Shown: piece after piece, positions 20,259 through 30,831 of the stretch
Numbering within the stretch: the first letter of the stretch is position 1
Layout of the letters: every line of letters begins with the position of its first letter
Assembly: GCA_007121775.1 (NCBI GenBank)
Contig: SKJY01000097.1
Span: 5,138 to 69,137 of the forward strand
Direction of reading: 5' to 3'
Length of the DNA: 64,000 nt
Source of the DNA: Gemmatimonadota bacterium
GTDB taxonomy: Bacteria; Gemmatimonadota; Gemmatimonadetes; Longimicrobiales; Gaopeijiaceae
Translations under genes and position numbers: made by a program
The notes under the pieces: model-generated
The model's database searches: none
What the model was told of the DNA's origin: nothing
What the model saw: only the letters and a program-made list of their open reading frames with translations

Positions 20259-21827
20259 TCAGCGGATCCGGGGCTTCAGCGTGGCCACCGGGACGATCAT
20301 CTCCTCCGGGGAGATCCCCCCATGCAGGAAGGACTCCCGGTAGCGGTTCTGGTACTCCCTGAGCTTCGTGGGATACACCATGAAGTAATCTTCCACCCCG
20401 ATGACATAACTCAAGCCCAGACGCCCCGGTGGGAGGCGCAGGTCAGCCGGGTCTCGGGTGCGCAGGACAGTACGGGCGTCCTCGGCCCGGAGATCCTGCC
20501 CGAACTTGTAACGCAGGTTTGAGGTGGCGTCCCTGCGGGCGAAGACGGTTGTGGGCCGACGGCAGAGGATGGAGCCATGGTCCGTGGTGAGGACCACATT
20601 CAGCCCCTCTCGCGCCGCCTCCCGGAGAATCTGAAGGACCCCGCTCCGCTCGAACCACGCCCGGGTCAACTCCCGGAGTGAGATCTCGTCCCGAGCCATC
20701 TCCATGAACACGGGGGAGTCGGACCGGGAGTGGATGAGGGTGTCCATGAAGTTGAAGACCAGGGCAATGACCCCGACCCGGTTCCGCACGGCCGACAGGA
20801 TCCGGGCGCGGGTCTGCTCCGCGTCCCGGTCCGAGAAGACCTTCTCATAGTGGACGGGAACATCCCGGCCGGTGAGTCGCCTCAGTTGTGCCTCCAGGAG
20901 CCGGTCCTCGAAAGCGTTCAGGCTCCCCTCATCGTCCTGGCGCTCCCACCACCCCGGGTTGGATCGGGCGATCTCGTTAGGGAACTGACCGGAGAAGATG
21001 GCGTTCCGGGCGTAGGGCGTGGCGGTGGGGAGGATTGAGAAGTGCAGTTCCTCGTCCACGTCGAAGTCCGATGTCAGCAGGGGGGCAAGGACCCGCCACT
21101 GATCCAGGCGCATGCAGTCCAGGACCACCAGGAAGACCGGATCATCGCCCAGGAGGGGGAGGACGAAAAGCTCCACCAGATCGGTGGAGAGGACTGGAGC
21201 CTCCTCGGCACCCCGCATCCACTGGGGGTAGACCCGCCGCACCCAGTCCCCGAAGTCCCGGCGGAGCTCCTGCATGAGGGAGTCCACCGTGGCCAGAAGG
21301 CCGTCCTCTCCGGCGGCCCGGAGGCGAATGTGCCAGTCCACCAACTCGCTGTAGAGGGAGGCATAGTCGTCGGGACGCTCCGCATCCTGGCGGAGCCACC
21401 CAAGCTGGGGAAAGCGTTGGGCAAAGTCCTGGGCCACCTGCTGCTGGCGGATGGATGACCCCTCCAGGATCCGTGTCACCACCGAGAGGAGCTGGAGCGG
21501 ACTTGTGGGCTTCACCAGGTAGTCGTCCACCCGCCGCCCAATGGCCTCGGTCATGGTCCGATCCTCTTCGGACTTGGTGATCATGACCACCCGGGCGTTG
21601 GGATCGTGTCGGCGAAGCTCTTCCAGCACCTCGAGTCCGCGGCGCCCGGGCATCTGTTCGTCCAGGAGCACCAAGTCGTAGGGCTGTTCCGCCAGAAGAG
21701 CGAGGGCGTCGTCCCCGTTGGCGATCCCATCCACCTGATAGCCCCGTTCTTCCAGGAAGAGGCAGTGGGGCCGGAGGAGGTCGATCTCATCATCGACCCA
21801 GAGGATGCGGCGGGATGGTCTGGTCAT
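20259..21827 (-). CDS. porX: PorX-family response regulator (REC plus PglZ/alkaline-phosphatase domain)
   Basis: REC: ILWVDDE, LLDEQMPG, MITKSEE, YLVKP; PglZ: LDCMRLDQW, SILPTATPYARNAIFSG, DTLIH, TTDHGS, FLHGGISPEEMIVP. Confidence 0.88.
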   Translation of the reverse strand: MTRPSRRILWVDDEIDLLRPHCLFLEERGYQVDGIANGDDALALLAEQPYDLVLLDEQMPGRRGLEVLEELRRHDPNARVVMITKSEEDRTMTEAIGRRVDDYLVKPTSPLQLLSVVTRILEGSSIRQQQVAQDFAQRFPQLGWLRQDAERPDDYASLYSELVDWHIRLRAAGEDGLLATVDSLMQELRRDFGDWVRRVYPQWMRGAEEAPVLSTDLVELFVLPLLGDDPVFLVVLDCMRLDQWRVLAPLLTSDFDVDEELHFSILPTATPYARNAIFSGQFPNEIARSNPGWWERQDDEGSLNAFEDRLLEAQLRRLTGRDVPVHYEKVFSDRDAEQTRARILSAVRNRVGVIALVFNFMDTLIHSRSDSPVFMEMARDEISLRELTRAWFERSGVLQILREAAREGLNVVLTTDHGSILCRRPTTVFARRDATSNLRYKFGQDLRAEDARTVLRTRDPADLRLPPGRLGLSYVIGVEDYFMVYPTKLREYQNRYRESFLHGGISPEEMIVPVATLKPRIR

Positions 21828-21891
21828 GGAGTCCAAGCTACCGGGTGGGGGCCACCGGGCCAAGGCGAAAGTCCACCACGCCCCGCCGGGT

Positions 21892-22542
21892 TCAGGGGAC
21901 CCTCACGCGGATCGAGGCGTCGGGAGCCACCTCCACCCGGTCCAGGAGCCCCTGGAATCCCCTGAGTCGTTCCCGGCTCTGCAGGTAGGCCACCAGGTCC
22001 AGGACCAGGAGGCCGAATCCCTGCACAACGACCGCGGTCCCATGGCCCCGCCTCTCGTCCCAGCCCTCCTGGTCCCGCCCCACCACCGCCAGGGTCGTAC
22101 CTACACCCATATAGCCTGCATTGAGACCCAGGTTGACCAGAAGGATGTGGGCGTAGCGACTCTCCGCCGCCAGGGCGGCGCCAGGCTGATCTGGAGGGTC
22201 GCCCCCACCCCAGCGAAGGCCGGCCAGGGCGATGGCTCCATTCACCAGCCCCCACCCGGCGGTCTGCATCCCGAAGGCACCCCGACCGGGCTCATCCTCG
22301 GAGGCAGATGCCCAGAGAGCGGCGCCGCCGACGAGATTCATCAGCCCCCACCACCCGACCCGGTGCAGGTGCGCCCGCTCCGCCTCCATGCGGGCCAGTA
22401 CCAGTTCGTTCACCTGCGGCACCGGCGCCGGGGCCTCCGCACCTGGCCCGCGGTTTTCCGGCTCCTGGGCCCCCACCTGCCGGGCCGCCAGGGCCATGGT
22501 CAGCACGGCCGCGCCGGCGGCCACCCATCGCCACGCTCCCAC
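21892..22542 (-). CDS. Membrane protein, DUF6992-like
   Basis: Signal peptide; WGLMNLVGG, QTAGWGLVNGAIA, VNLGLNAGY, GHGTAVVVQGFGLLVLD. Confidence 0.7.
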   Translation of the reverse strand: MGAWRWVAAGAAVLTMALAARQVGAQEPENRGPGAEAPAPVPQVNELVLARMEAERAHLHRVGWWGLMNLVGGAALWASASEDEPGRGAFGMQTAGWGLVNGAIALAGLRWGGGDPPDQPGAALAAESRYAHILLVNLGLNAGYMGVGTTLAVVGRDQEGWDERRGHGTAVVVQGFGLLVLDLVAYLQSRERLRGFQGLLDRVEVAPDASIRVRVP

Positions 22543-22545
22543 GCT

Positions 22546-25377
22546 TCATCCTCCTTCAGCGGTACGCACCTCTGGGGCGCGCCCCTTGCGACGGCCCCAC
22601 GCCTTCTCAACCTCCACCACTGTGAACAACCCCAGACCCACCAGGAGGATCGGTCCCCAACTGGCGGCGGCAATGGATTCGGTTCCAAAGAGGAGGTGGA
22701 AGACGGGGAGATAGGTGAAGGCCAGCTGGAAGAGGACCAGTAGGCCCGCTGCAATGAGTACGGCCCGGTTCCCCAGGAATGCCTGGCGGCCCAGCGACGA
22801 CAGCCACTGGAATCGGCAGTTGAAGAGATACCAGGCCTGCGCCGCCACCAGGGCGTTCACCACCACCGTCTGGCTGTAGGCCAACCCCACCCCCCGACCC
22901 ATCTGCCAGTGGAAGAGGACGAGACACCCCACCGAAACCAGCACGGCAACGTACAGGATCCGTCTGAGGAGGAAGCGGGAGAGCATGGGGTCATCCGGAT
23001 CCCGGGGGGGGCGCTCCATGATCCCGGGCTCCGTGGGCTCGAAAGCCAGGGCCAGCGCCAGGGTCACGGCGGTGATCATGTTCACCCAGAGGATCTGGGC
23101 CGGTGTGATGGGCAGGTCCGAGAGGGCCAGCGCCACCGCCGCAAGGACGATGAGGGCCTCGGCCCCGTTGGTGGGGAGGATGAAGAGGATCGTCTTCTTC
23201 AGGTTGTCGTAGACGGTGCGCCCCTCCTCCACCGCCCTGGCGATGGAGGCGAAGTTGTCATCAGCCAGGACCATGTCCGAGGCCCCCTTCGACGCCTCGC
23301 TCCCCTTGATTCCCATGGCCACACCGATGTCCGCCTGCTTCAGGGCCGGGGCGTCGTTCACCCCGTCGCCGGTCATGGCACACACCTGTCCCTTCTGCTG
23401 GAGAAGCTGGACGATCCGCAGCTTGTGGGCCGGGCTGGCCCGAGCGATGACGTCCTCCCTTAGCAGCGCCTCCCGGAGTTCGGCATCGTCCATCTCCTCG
23501 ATCCGGTCGCCCACAAGGGCGCCGGTCCCGTCGCCGATCCCCATGCGCTCCCCGATGCTCCGGGCGGTGACGGCGTGGTCACCGGTGATCATGATGACCC
23601 GGATTCCGGCGGCGCGGCACTGCTCCACCGCCTCCACCGCCTCGGGGCGGGGGGGATCCATCAGGGCCACCACCCCCACCAGGAGGGCGCCGCCCTCAAC
23701 GCTCCCTTCCTTCACCTCATGGACTTCTCCCTCCACCTCCTTCACCGCCAACGCCAGAAGGCGATACCCCCTGCCTGCCACCTCCTCCATGCGCTCCTCC
23801 CAGCGCTTCCGGTCCAACGGCTCCGTTCCAGTGGGGGTTCGGACCTGGTCGCACATGGCCAGCACCCGCTCGGGCCCTCCCTTGACCAGGATCACCGATC
23901 CGCCGTGGGGGGACCGGTGGAGGCTCGCCATCCAGCGCCGCTCCGACTCGAAGGGAAGCACATCCACCCTGGGCCAAGCCTCCTCTTCTCCCCGCCTGGT
24001 GAGGCCGGCCTTCTCGGCCAGCACCAGGAGGGCACCCTCAGTGGGATCACCGTGGAGCACCCGCTCGCCACCGCCAGTACCGGCGCCGGCCCAACCGCCG
24101 GGCTCCGCCGCGTCGAACTCCGCCTCGTTGCAGAGGAGGCCGATGCGAATGGCCTCCACCACCAGCGGATCCTGGCGGGGATCCTGCTCCACGCCGTCCA
24201 CCATGAAGCGGCCTTCCGGGATGAATCCGGAACCGGTGATCTCCCAGTCCGCTTCGGCCAGGAGGAGCTGCTCCACCGACATCTCATTGCGGGTGAGGGT
24301 TCCGGTCTTGTCAGTGCAGATGACGGTGACCGAGCCCAGCGTCTCTACGGCGGGGAGTCGGCGGATGATGGCCTTCCGGCGTGCCATGCGCTGCACACCC
24401 AGCGCCAGGGTAATGGTGAGAATGGCAGGGAGTCCTTCAGGGATGGCCGCCACCGCCAGCGCCACCACGGCCAGAAAGGCGTCGGCGGGCTCGAACCCCC
24501 TCAGGCGCCAGGCCAGGAAGAAGATGGCTACGGCTGCAGTCACGATGGCCACCGAAAGCTGCTTTCCGAACCGGTCGATCTGCCGGAGGAGAGGGGTGGT
24601 GACGCCTTCCACCCGGGACACCATCTCGCCGATCCGGCCGATTTGGGTGGCGATCCCCGTCTCCACCACGACCCCGGTGATCCGTCCCGTGGTCACCAGT
24701 GTACCGGAGAAGACCATGGAGGTCCGGTCGCCCAGCCCCGACTTCCCGGCCACAGGATCAGGCGCCTTGGACACCGGCTGGGATTCACCGGTTAGGATGG
24801 CCTCTTCGGCCCGGGCATCCCGGGCATAGAGGATCCGGAGATCGGCGGGCACCCGGTCACCGCTTTCCAGCCGGACCACGTCACCTCGCACCAGTTCCTC
24901 GGCAGGGATGGTCCGCCGACTCCCTCCTCGCACCACCTCCGCCTCCGGAGACAGGAGGCTGCGGATCCCCGCCAACGCTTCCTCCGCCTTCCCTTCCTGG
25001 ATAAAGCCGATGATGGCGTTCACCACCACCACGGCGATAATGACGCCGGTATCGATCCACTCGCCCAGGAATGCGGTAAAGAGGGCCGCCACCAGGAGCA
25101 CGTAGATGAGGACGTTGTGGAACTGCTTCAGGAAACGGACGAGGGCTGAATCCCCCACCTCCTCCGGGAGTCGGTTCGGGCCGTCACGGCGAAGGCGGGC
25201 CTCCGCTTCTTCCGGGTCCAGCCCCGTCTCAGGGTGGCTCTCCACCGCCGCGACGCACTCGTCCACCGGGAGGGCGTGCCAGAGACAGTGTCCGGTTTCG
25301 TCCAACTCCGGAGAACGTCCGGCTACCCTGGAGGCGTCGGCGACATAGGGAGAGGAATCGGCGTGCTGGGAAGCCAT
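22546..25377 (-). CDS. Cation-transporting P-type ATPase (type IIA, Ca2+-ATPase-like)
   Basis: LTGES, IPEGL, DKTGTLT, GDPTE, KGGPE, MITGDH, TGDGVNDAPALK, LWVNM. Confidence 0.95.
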   Translation of the reverse strand: MASQHADSSPYVADASRVAGRSPELDETGHCLWHALPVDECVAAVESHPETGLDPEEAEARLRRDGPNRLPEEVGDSALVRFLKQFHNVLIYVLLVAALFTAFLGEWIDTGVIIAVVVVNAIIGFIQEGKAEEALAGIRSLLSPEAEVVRGGSRRTIPAEELVRGDVVRLESGDRVPADLRILYARDARAEEAILTGESQPVSKAPDPVAGKSGLGDRTSMVFSGTLVTTGRITGVVVETGIATQIGRIGEMVSRVEGVTTPLLRQIDRFGKQLSVAIVTAAVAIFFLAWRLRGFEPADAFLAVVALAVAAIPEGLPAILTITLALGVQRMARRKAIIRRLPAVETLGSVTVICTDKTGTLTRNEMSVEQLLLAEADWEITGSGFIPEGRFMVDGVEQDPRQDPLVVEAIRIGLLCNEAEFDAAEPGGWAGAGTGGGERVLHGDPTEGALLVLAEKAGLTRRGEEEAWPRVDVLPFESERRWMASLHRSPHGGSVILVKGGPERVLAMCDQVRTPTGTEPLDRKRWEERMEEVAGRGYRLLALAVKEVEGEVHEVKEGSVEGGALLVGVVALMDPPRPEAVEAVEQCRAAGIRVIMITGDHAVTARSIGERMGIGDGTGALVGDRIEEMDDAELREALLREDVIARASPAHKLRIVQLLQQKGQVCAMTGDGVNDAPALKQADIGVAMGIKGSEASKGASDMVLADDNFASIARAVEEGRTVYDNLKKTILFILPTNGAEALIVLAAVALALSDLPITPAQILWVNMITAVTLALALAFEPTEPGIMERPPRDPDDPMLSRFLLRRILYVAVLVSVGCLVLFHWQMGRGVGLAYSQTVVVNALVAAQAWYLFNCRFQWLSSLGRQAFLGNRAVLIAAGLLVLFQLAFTYLPVFHLLFGTESIAAASWGPILLVGLGLFTVVEVEKAWGRRKGRAPEVRTAEGG

Positions 25378-25572
25378 GAAACCGTTTGGCCGGGATGGAT
25401 GATGGAGTTCAGGATCCGGGGCGGGTCGTCGCCCCGGATCGACGGTCAGCCCCTGGGCAGAAGACCCCGGTCCTCGGGGGCAATCACGCCTTGTGAACCC
25501 TGGGTGCCTCCGGTACCATCAAGATACCCCGGGTGGCTGCACGCGACATCTTCCCCCGAACCCGGCCATCTC

Positions 25573-26628
25573 ATGCCCGGCCCCCTCCCAATCAGAACCA
25601 AGGGACTCCTCACCCTGGTCCTTGCGGCCTTCGTGGTGACCGGTTGCGCCCGGGGGACGGCGGCTCATGGCTCGCCGTCGCCTCAGGCTTTCTACCAGAC
25701 TGCCTTCCCGTCTACCGACACCTCCGGGGAACTGGAGGAGGTTCTGGCATCCCTGGTCCGGATCCGGGTCTCCTGGAGCTACCGGACCCACATCTTCCAC
25801 GAGGATTCCGCTCCCTTCGAGTCGGAGGTGGGTCGGTCCGACGTGATGGACCGGGCCGAAGAGATCGTGGACAGCGAGCAGACCCGTGCCGCCACGGCGG
25901 TTCTGATGGCCCATGATGAGGGGCGCTCTGTGCTCCTTACGGCGGCCCACGCCGTGCACCTCCCGGATACCCTGGTGCAGTTCTACGGCGAGCGGGAATC
26001 CCCCCCCGGCACCCTCCGAAGAGTCCGAAGCGTCTCCGTTCTCACCCAACGGGCCGACTGGGTGGTTGGGCTCCCGGGGCTGGAGCCATTTCAGGTGCTC
26101 GCTGTGGACGAAGTCAACGACCTGGCCATACTGGGGGTCCATGGCCCGCCGACCCCGCTGCCCCAGGGTACCAGCCCGCTCCCTGCCCAGGCAGGCGAAC
26201 CCGGACGGCTTTCCTGGGGCTCCTTCGTCTACGTTCTCGGCTTCCCTGCTGGTTACCCCATGGTGACCAGGGGAATCGTCAGCGACCCCGGCGGAGGACA
26301 TACTGGAGCCTTCGTGGTGGATGGACTCTGGAATGAAGGGATGAGCGGAGGCGTCATCCTGGCCATCCGTGGAGACGGATCCGGGATGGAGTGGGTGGGG
26401 ATGGCCAGAGCGGCTGCGGCCCGCACCGAGCCCCGTTTGCGTCCCGCCGAGGACGCCATGGATCGCCGGGAGCCATGGGCCCCCTACGAGGGCCCCATCT
26501 TCCTGGAGGAGGTTCGCCACATCCAATACGGGATCACCCTGGCCGTCCCCATGGACGCGATCCGGCGGTTTCTGGATCGGCACCGGAGTCGCCTGCGGGC
26601 GGAGGACTGGAGCGTACCCAGCCCCTGA
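25573..26628 (+). CDS. Trypsin-like (S1) serine protease lipoprotein
   Basis: Lipobox VTGC; triad motifs LTAAHAV, NDLAIL, NEGMSGG. Confidence 0.85.
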   Translation: MPGPLPIRTKGLLTLVLAAFVVTGCARGTAAHGSPSPQAFYQTAFPSTDTSGELEEVLASLVRIRVSWSYRTHIFHEDSAPFESEVGRSDVMDRAEEIVDSEQTRAATAVLMAHDEGRSVLLTAAHAVHLPDTLVQFYGERESPPGTLRRVRSVSVLTQRADWVVGLPGLEPFQVLAVDEVNDLAILGVHGPPTPLPQGTSPLPAQAGEPGRLSWGSFVYVLGFPAGYPMVTRGIVSDPGGGHTGAFVVDGLWNEGMSGGVILAIRGDGSGMEWVGMARAAAARTEPRLRPAEDAMDRREPWAPYEGPIFLEEVRHIQYGITLAVPMDAIRRFLDRHRSRLRAEDWSVPSP

Positions 26629-26709
26629 GCCACCCCCGTTTCCTGAAGGCTGACGCTACCGCACCCCACCGGTGCCGCCGACCTGACGGCCGACGGCACC
26701 GGTCCGACC

Positions 26710-28416
26710 TCAGACCAGGAAGGCGTGGTCCACGTACTCCTGAAGCATCCGGCGGCAGTGGAAGTGCGCGCCGTTCAGAGCGATACAGGAGCGCATGATC
26801 CTTGCCCATCCATCGGGATCACGGTGGAAGATGGGAAGGATGGTGTCCTCCAGCTTCCGCACCATTGAGTCGAACTCCCGTTCATCATCCACCGGTGACT
26901 GCCAGCTCTCGTCCACTGACCAGCCGGTCACCCCTTCCACGTGGCCCTCGATCCACCAGCCATCGAGAATACTGAGGGAAGGTATTCCGTTCATGGCCGC
27001 CTTCATCCCGCTGGTCCCCGACGCCTCCAGCGGCTTTCTGGGCATGTTGAGCCAGAGGTCACTCCCGGCAGTGAGCAGCCCTCCAAGCTTCATGTCGTAG
27101 TCCTCCAGGTAGACCAGGGAGAGATCGTCTCCCAGATCGTGACCGGTACGCACCACTTGGCGGATGAGCTCCTTGCCGGGTTCATCTCGGGGATGGGCCT
27201 TCCCGGCATAGATGATCTGGAGGGGTCCGCCCCGCCGGACCACCTCTCGTAGACGGTCCGGTCTGGACACCACCAGGGCCGCCCGCTTGTAAGGTGCAGC
27301 CCGTCGTGCGAACACCATGGTGAGGCGGTCTGGCCGCAGCTCACGGCCCGTCCGCCGCTGAACCTCACGAAAGAGGGCATCCCGGGATTCGGCGTGGGCA
27401 GCGCGGAGTTCATCGGTGGGGATGGCCACGGCGTGGCGAAGGATGAAGGGATTCTTCCGCCAGCCGGGGAGGTGGCGGTCGAAGAGAGCCCCCTGCGCTT
27501 CCCCGATCCAGGTGTTGGCGTGGACCCCGTTGGTGATGGGGTGGATGGCATGGCCCGGGAACATCCCCTGGGACACACCGGCGTGTCGGAGGGCCACGCC
27601 GTTGGTGAAGCGAGCGAACCGAAGTGCCAGGTGGGTCATGTTCACCTGCTTGTCTTCCACCGCTCCGCTTGCCTTCAGGAGGCGCCCCATTTCGTCACCC
27701 AGGACCTCCCGAACCATCTTGAAACGGAAACGGTCGTGCCCGGCGGCCACGGGGGTGTGGGTGGTGAAGACACAGACCTTCCGGACCGCCTCCACCGCCG
27801 ACTCCAGTGCGGCCGGCTCGGAATCGGCCACGACACCCTGCTCCCGCAGTAGCTCAACGGCCAGAAGGGCCGCATGCCCTTCATTCATGTGGAAGGTACC
27901 GATCTGATCACGCCCGAGGGCTCTCAGGAGCCGTACCCCCCCGATCCCCAGGATCGCCTCCTGGCGCAGGCGCAGACGCTCATCCCCACCGTACAGATGG
28001 TTCGTGATGGCCCGGTCGTCGTCTCGGTTCTCCGGCAGATCCGTGTCCAGGAAGTAGACGGGAACCTGGTGGTTGTGAACGCCCTGGATGGTGTAGCGCC
28101 AGGCCCGAACCCGGACCGGGCGCCCCTCCAGGGTCACCTCCACCACAGGTTCCACCGGCTCGAGTTTTCGATCCGGGTCCCAGGGCGCGGGAGACTCACT
28201 CTGACGGCCGTCCGCTCCAATGGCCTGGCGGAAGTACCCCAGTCGATGGACCAGCGTGATCACGCTGAAGGGGAGGCCCATATCGGCGGCCCCCTTGGCG
28301 GTGTCGCCGGCCAGAACCCCCAGACCTCCGCTGTAGGTGGGGATCTCCGACTCGAGCCCGATCTCCATGGTGAAGGCGGCGATCTCGGGCATATGCTTGG
28401 CGGATCCAGACTCCAT
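26710..28416 (-). CDS. glgP: Alpha-glucan phosphorylase
   Basis: YSGGLGVLAGD, HMNEGH, FTTHTPV, ITNGVH, ARRAAPYKR, EASGTSGMKAAMNG; start 28416 or 28392. Confidence 0.95.
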   Translation of the reverse strand: MESGSAKHMPEIAAFTMEIGLESEIPTYSGGLGVLAGDTAKGAADMGLPFSVITLVHRLGYFRQAIGADGRQSESPAPWDPDRKLEPVEPVVEVTLEGRPVRVRAWRYTIQGVHNHQVPVYFLDTDLPENRDDDRAITNHLYGGDERLRLRQEAILGIGGVRLLRALGRDQIGTFHMNEGHAALLAVELLREQGVVADSEPAALESAVEAVRKVCVFTTHTPVAAGHDRFRFKMVREVLGDEMGRLLKASGAVEDKQVNMTHLALRFARFTNGVALRHAGVSQGMFPGHAIHPITNGVHANTWIGEAQGALFDRHLPGWRKNPFILRHAVAIPTDELRAAHAESRDALFREVQRRTGRELRPDRLTMVFARRAAPYKRAALVVSRPDRLREVVRRGGPLQIIYAGKAHPRDEPGKELIRQVVRTGHDLGDDLSLVYLEDYDMKLGGLLTAGSDLWLNMPRKPLEASGTSGMKAAMNGIPSLSILDGWWIEGHVEGVTGWSVDESWQSPVDDEREFDSMVRKLEDTILPIFHRDPDGWARIMRSCIALNGAHFHCRRMLQEYVDHAFLV

Positions 28417-28658
28417 GGTCCAGCACTCCGATAAAGGATTCGTGGGTCGGACCCATGAGGAAGGGTCCGGCCGTCCATGCGGGGTCTTAGTCACACTCCC
28501 CGGCGTCCCCGAGGTTTCGGTCGGATCCACCGGTTCAGGAGCCCCCCCACTTCACTCTCCGGGAGGAACCTCCGAGATTCGTGTGGCTCCGGGTCCCCGA
28601 GAGAACACCTGTCGCCACCTCCATGATCCCGCACTCCCAAAGAAAGGAATCCACTGCA

Positions 28659-30731
28659 GTGAGTCCACCTTCTTCTTCGTCCGCCTCCGCGACCCCCAAG
28701 CCCAAGGAAGGCAGACTGCGGGTCCGCATCGAGAACATTCAGCCCCAGATCGACGGCGGCAGCTTCCCTGCCCGGGGGATCGTGGGCGACCGGTTCCATG
28801 TCGAAGCCGACATCTTCGCAGATGGCCACGATCGAATCGAGGCCCGCCTCCTCTATCGTCGCCTGGGCGCCCGGCGTTGGAGCGAAGCGCCCATGGAATT
28901 GCTGGGCAACGACCACTGGGTGGGCTCGTTCGATCTGGAGGAGTTGGGCGTCTACCAGTTCATGGTGGAGGGGTGGGTCGACCCCGTCACCACCTGGTGC
29001 TCGGAGCTGGAGCGATGGATCGAGGCCGGTGCCGACATCTCCCTGGAACTCCAGGAGGGGGCGGTACTTCTGGAGCGGGCGGCAGGGCGCGCCAAGGGTG
29101 ATGCCTCCCGGGAGTTGATGGGATGGGTGGAGAAGCTGAAGGGTTGGTCCCAGGATCCTGCCGTCCTCGCCGATCCGGAGGTCCTCCTCCAGGATCCCAT
29201 CCGCCTCACCGAGGCCGTCCTCCCTCTCTATCTCCCTTGGGCCGATCGCTCCTGGTCGACTCGGCCCCGACGGAGCCTGTCGGTGCGGGTGGACCGGGAG
29301 AGAGCCCGCTTCAGCTCTTGGTATGAGTTCTTCCCCCGGTCCACATCGGCTGAGGCGGGGGTGCACGGGACCTTTGCCGATGCCGCCCAGGCGCTACCTC
29401 GAATTCGGGACATGGGCTTCGACGTGGTCTACCTCCCCCCCATCCACCCGGTGGGTCATACGAACCGGAAGGGGCCGAACAACCGGGTCGTCTCGGCCCC
29501 TGGGGACCCGGGGAGCCCCTGGGCTATCGGCGGACCGGAGGGAGGGCATACCGCCGTCCACCCCGACCTGGGCACTCTGGATGACTTCCGCTCCTTCCGG
29601 GAGAGAGCCGAGGAACTGGGGATGGAGGTAGCGCTGGATGTGGCCTTCCAGTGCTCTCCCGACCATCCCTGGGTCAAGGAGCACCCCCAGTGGTTCCGGC
29701 ACCGGACGGACGGATCGATCCGCTACGCTGAGAACCCTCCCAAGAAGTACGAGGACATCTACCCAATCGACTTCGAGACCGACGACTGGGAGGCGCTCTG
29801 GGACGGGCTCCGGGATGTCTTCCTCTTCTGGATGGATCAGGGGGTGCGGATCTTCCGGGTGGACAATCCCCACACCAAGGCCTTCCCCTTCTGGGAGTGG
29901 TTGATCCAGGAACTCCTGGCTGCGGATCCCGGGGTCATCCTCCTCTCGGAGGCCTTCACCCGGCCCCGGCGCATGTATCATCTGGCCAAGGTAGGCTTCC
30001 ACCAGTCCTACACCTACTTCGCCTGGCGTGACACCGGCCCGGAGCTTGCTGAGTACATGCGGGAACTCCAGAGCCAGGGTGTGCGAGAGTTCTTCCGACC
30101 CAATTTCTGGCCCAACACGCCGGATATCCTCACGGAGACGCTCCAGACCGGAGGGCGCCCCGCCTTCATGGTGCGGCTGGTGCTGGCCGCTACCCTCACC
30201 GCCAACTACGGGATCTACGGCCCCACCTTCGAACTCCTGGAGCACATCCCGCGGGAAGAGGGGAGCGAGGAGTATCTGGATTCAGAGAAGTACCAGCTCC
30301 GGAGTTGGGACCTGGACAGACCCGGAAACCTCACCGAGTTCATAGCCCGGGTGAACCGGATCCGACGAGAGAACGCTCCCCTCCAGCGGAACGACGGGAT
30401 CCGGTTCCATCCCTCGGACAACGAGACGCTCCTGGTGTTCAGCAAGTCGGCCCCGGAGGTCGAGGATCGCATCGTGGTGGTGGTGAACACGGACCACCGA
30501 TTCGTTCAGAGTGGGTGGATCGACCTGGACCTGGCTGCGTTGGGGCTTGAGGGAGTGGGGGAATACCAGGTTCACGACCTGCTGGCCGGTGGCCGCTACA
30601 CTTGGAGTGCCGGGCCCAACTTCGTCCGACTGGACCCCGGTGTGTGTCCGGCTCATATCTTCAGGATCGAAGCTCCGGCCACCGGGATCGGGACCGCCCC
30701 GGGAGCGCCGGCCTCGGAACCCCACGCCTGA
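28659..30731 (+). CDS. glgE: Alpha-1,4-glucan:maltose-1-phosphate maltosyltransferase
   Basis: [70 protein letters not shown] before GTG. Confidence 0.96.
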   Translation: MSPPSSSSASATPKPKEGRLRVRIENIQPQIDGGSFPARGIVGDRFHVEADIFADGHDRIEARLLYRRLGARRWSEAPMELLGNDHWVGSFDLEELGVYQFMVEGWVDPVTTWCSELERWIEAGADISLELQEGAVLLERAAGRAKGDASRELMGWVEKLKGWSQDPAVLADPEVLLQDPIRLTEAVLPLYLPWADRSWSTRPRRSLSVRVDRERARFSSWYEFFPRSTSAEAGVHGTFADAAQALPRIRDMGFDVVYLPPIHPVGHTNRKGPNNRVVSAPGDPGSPWAIGGPEGGHTAVHPDLGTLDDFRSFRERAEELGMEVALDVAFQCSPDHPWVKEHPQWFRHRTDGSIRYAENPPKKYEDIYPIDFETDDWEALWDGLRDVFLFWMDQGVRIFRVDNPHTKAFPFWEWLIQELLAADPGVILLSEAFTRPRRMYHLAKVGFHQSYTYFAWRDTGPELAEYMRELQSQGVREFFRPNFWPNTPDILTETLQTGGRPAFMVRLVLAATLTANYGIYGPTFELLEHIPREEGSEEYLDSEKYQLRSWDLDRPGNLTEFIARVNRIRRENAPLQRNDGIRFHPSDNETLLVFSKSAPEVEDRIVVVVNTDHRFVQSGWIDLDLAALGLEGVGEYQVHDLLAGGRYTWSAGPNFVRLDPGVCPAHIFRIEAPATGIGTAPGAPASEPHA

Positions 30732-30831
30732 ACTCACTGTTGAAATAACCCGGGATGTGCCGACTCCACGGCCATCCTCATCGCAACCCGCCCCTCACCA
30801 AGGGGCTTTTCACCCCCGGAGACCTTACTCC

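Noticed and set aside
20259..21827. PglZ domain as a sign of a BREX defence system
   Set aside because: Fused to a receiver domain in PorX architecture; no brxC, pglX or brxL nearby
23216..24829. Long antisense ORFs (also 77-1426, 31018-33537, 52177-53685, 55271-56962)
   Set aside because: Shadow ORFs opposite well-supported genes, expected in high-GC DNA; no motifs
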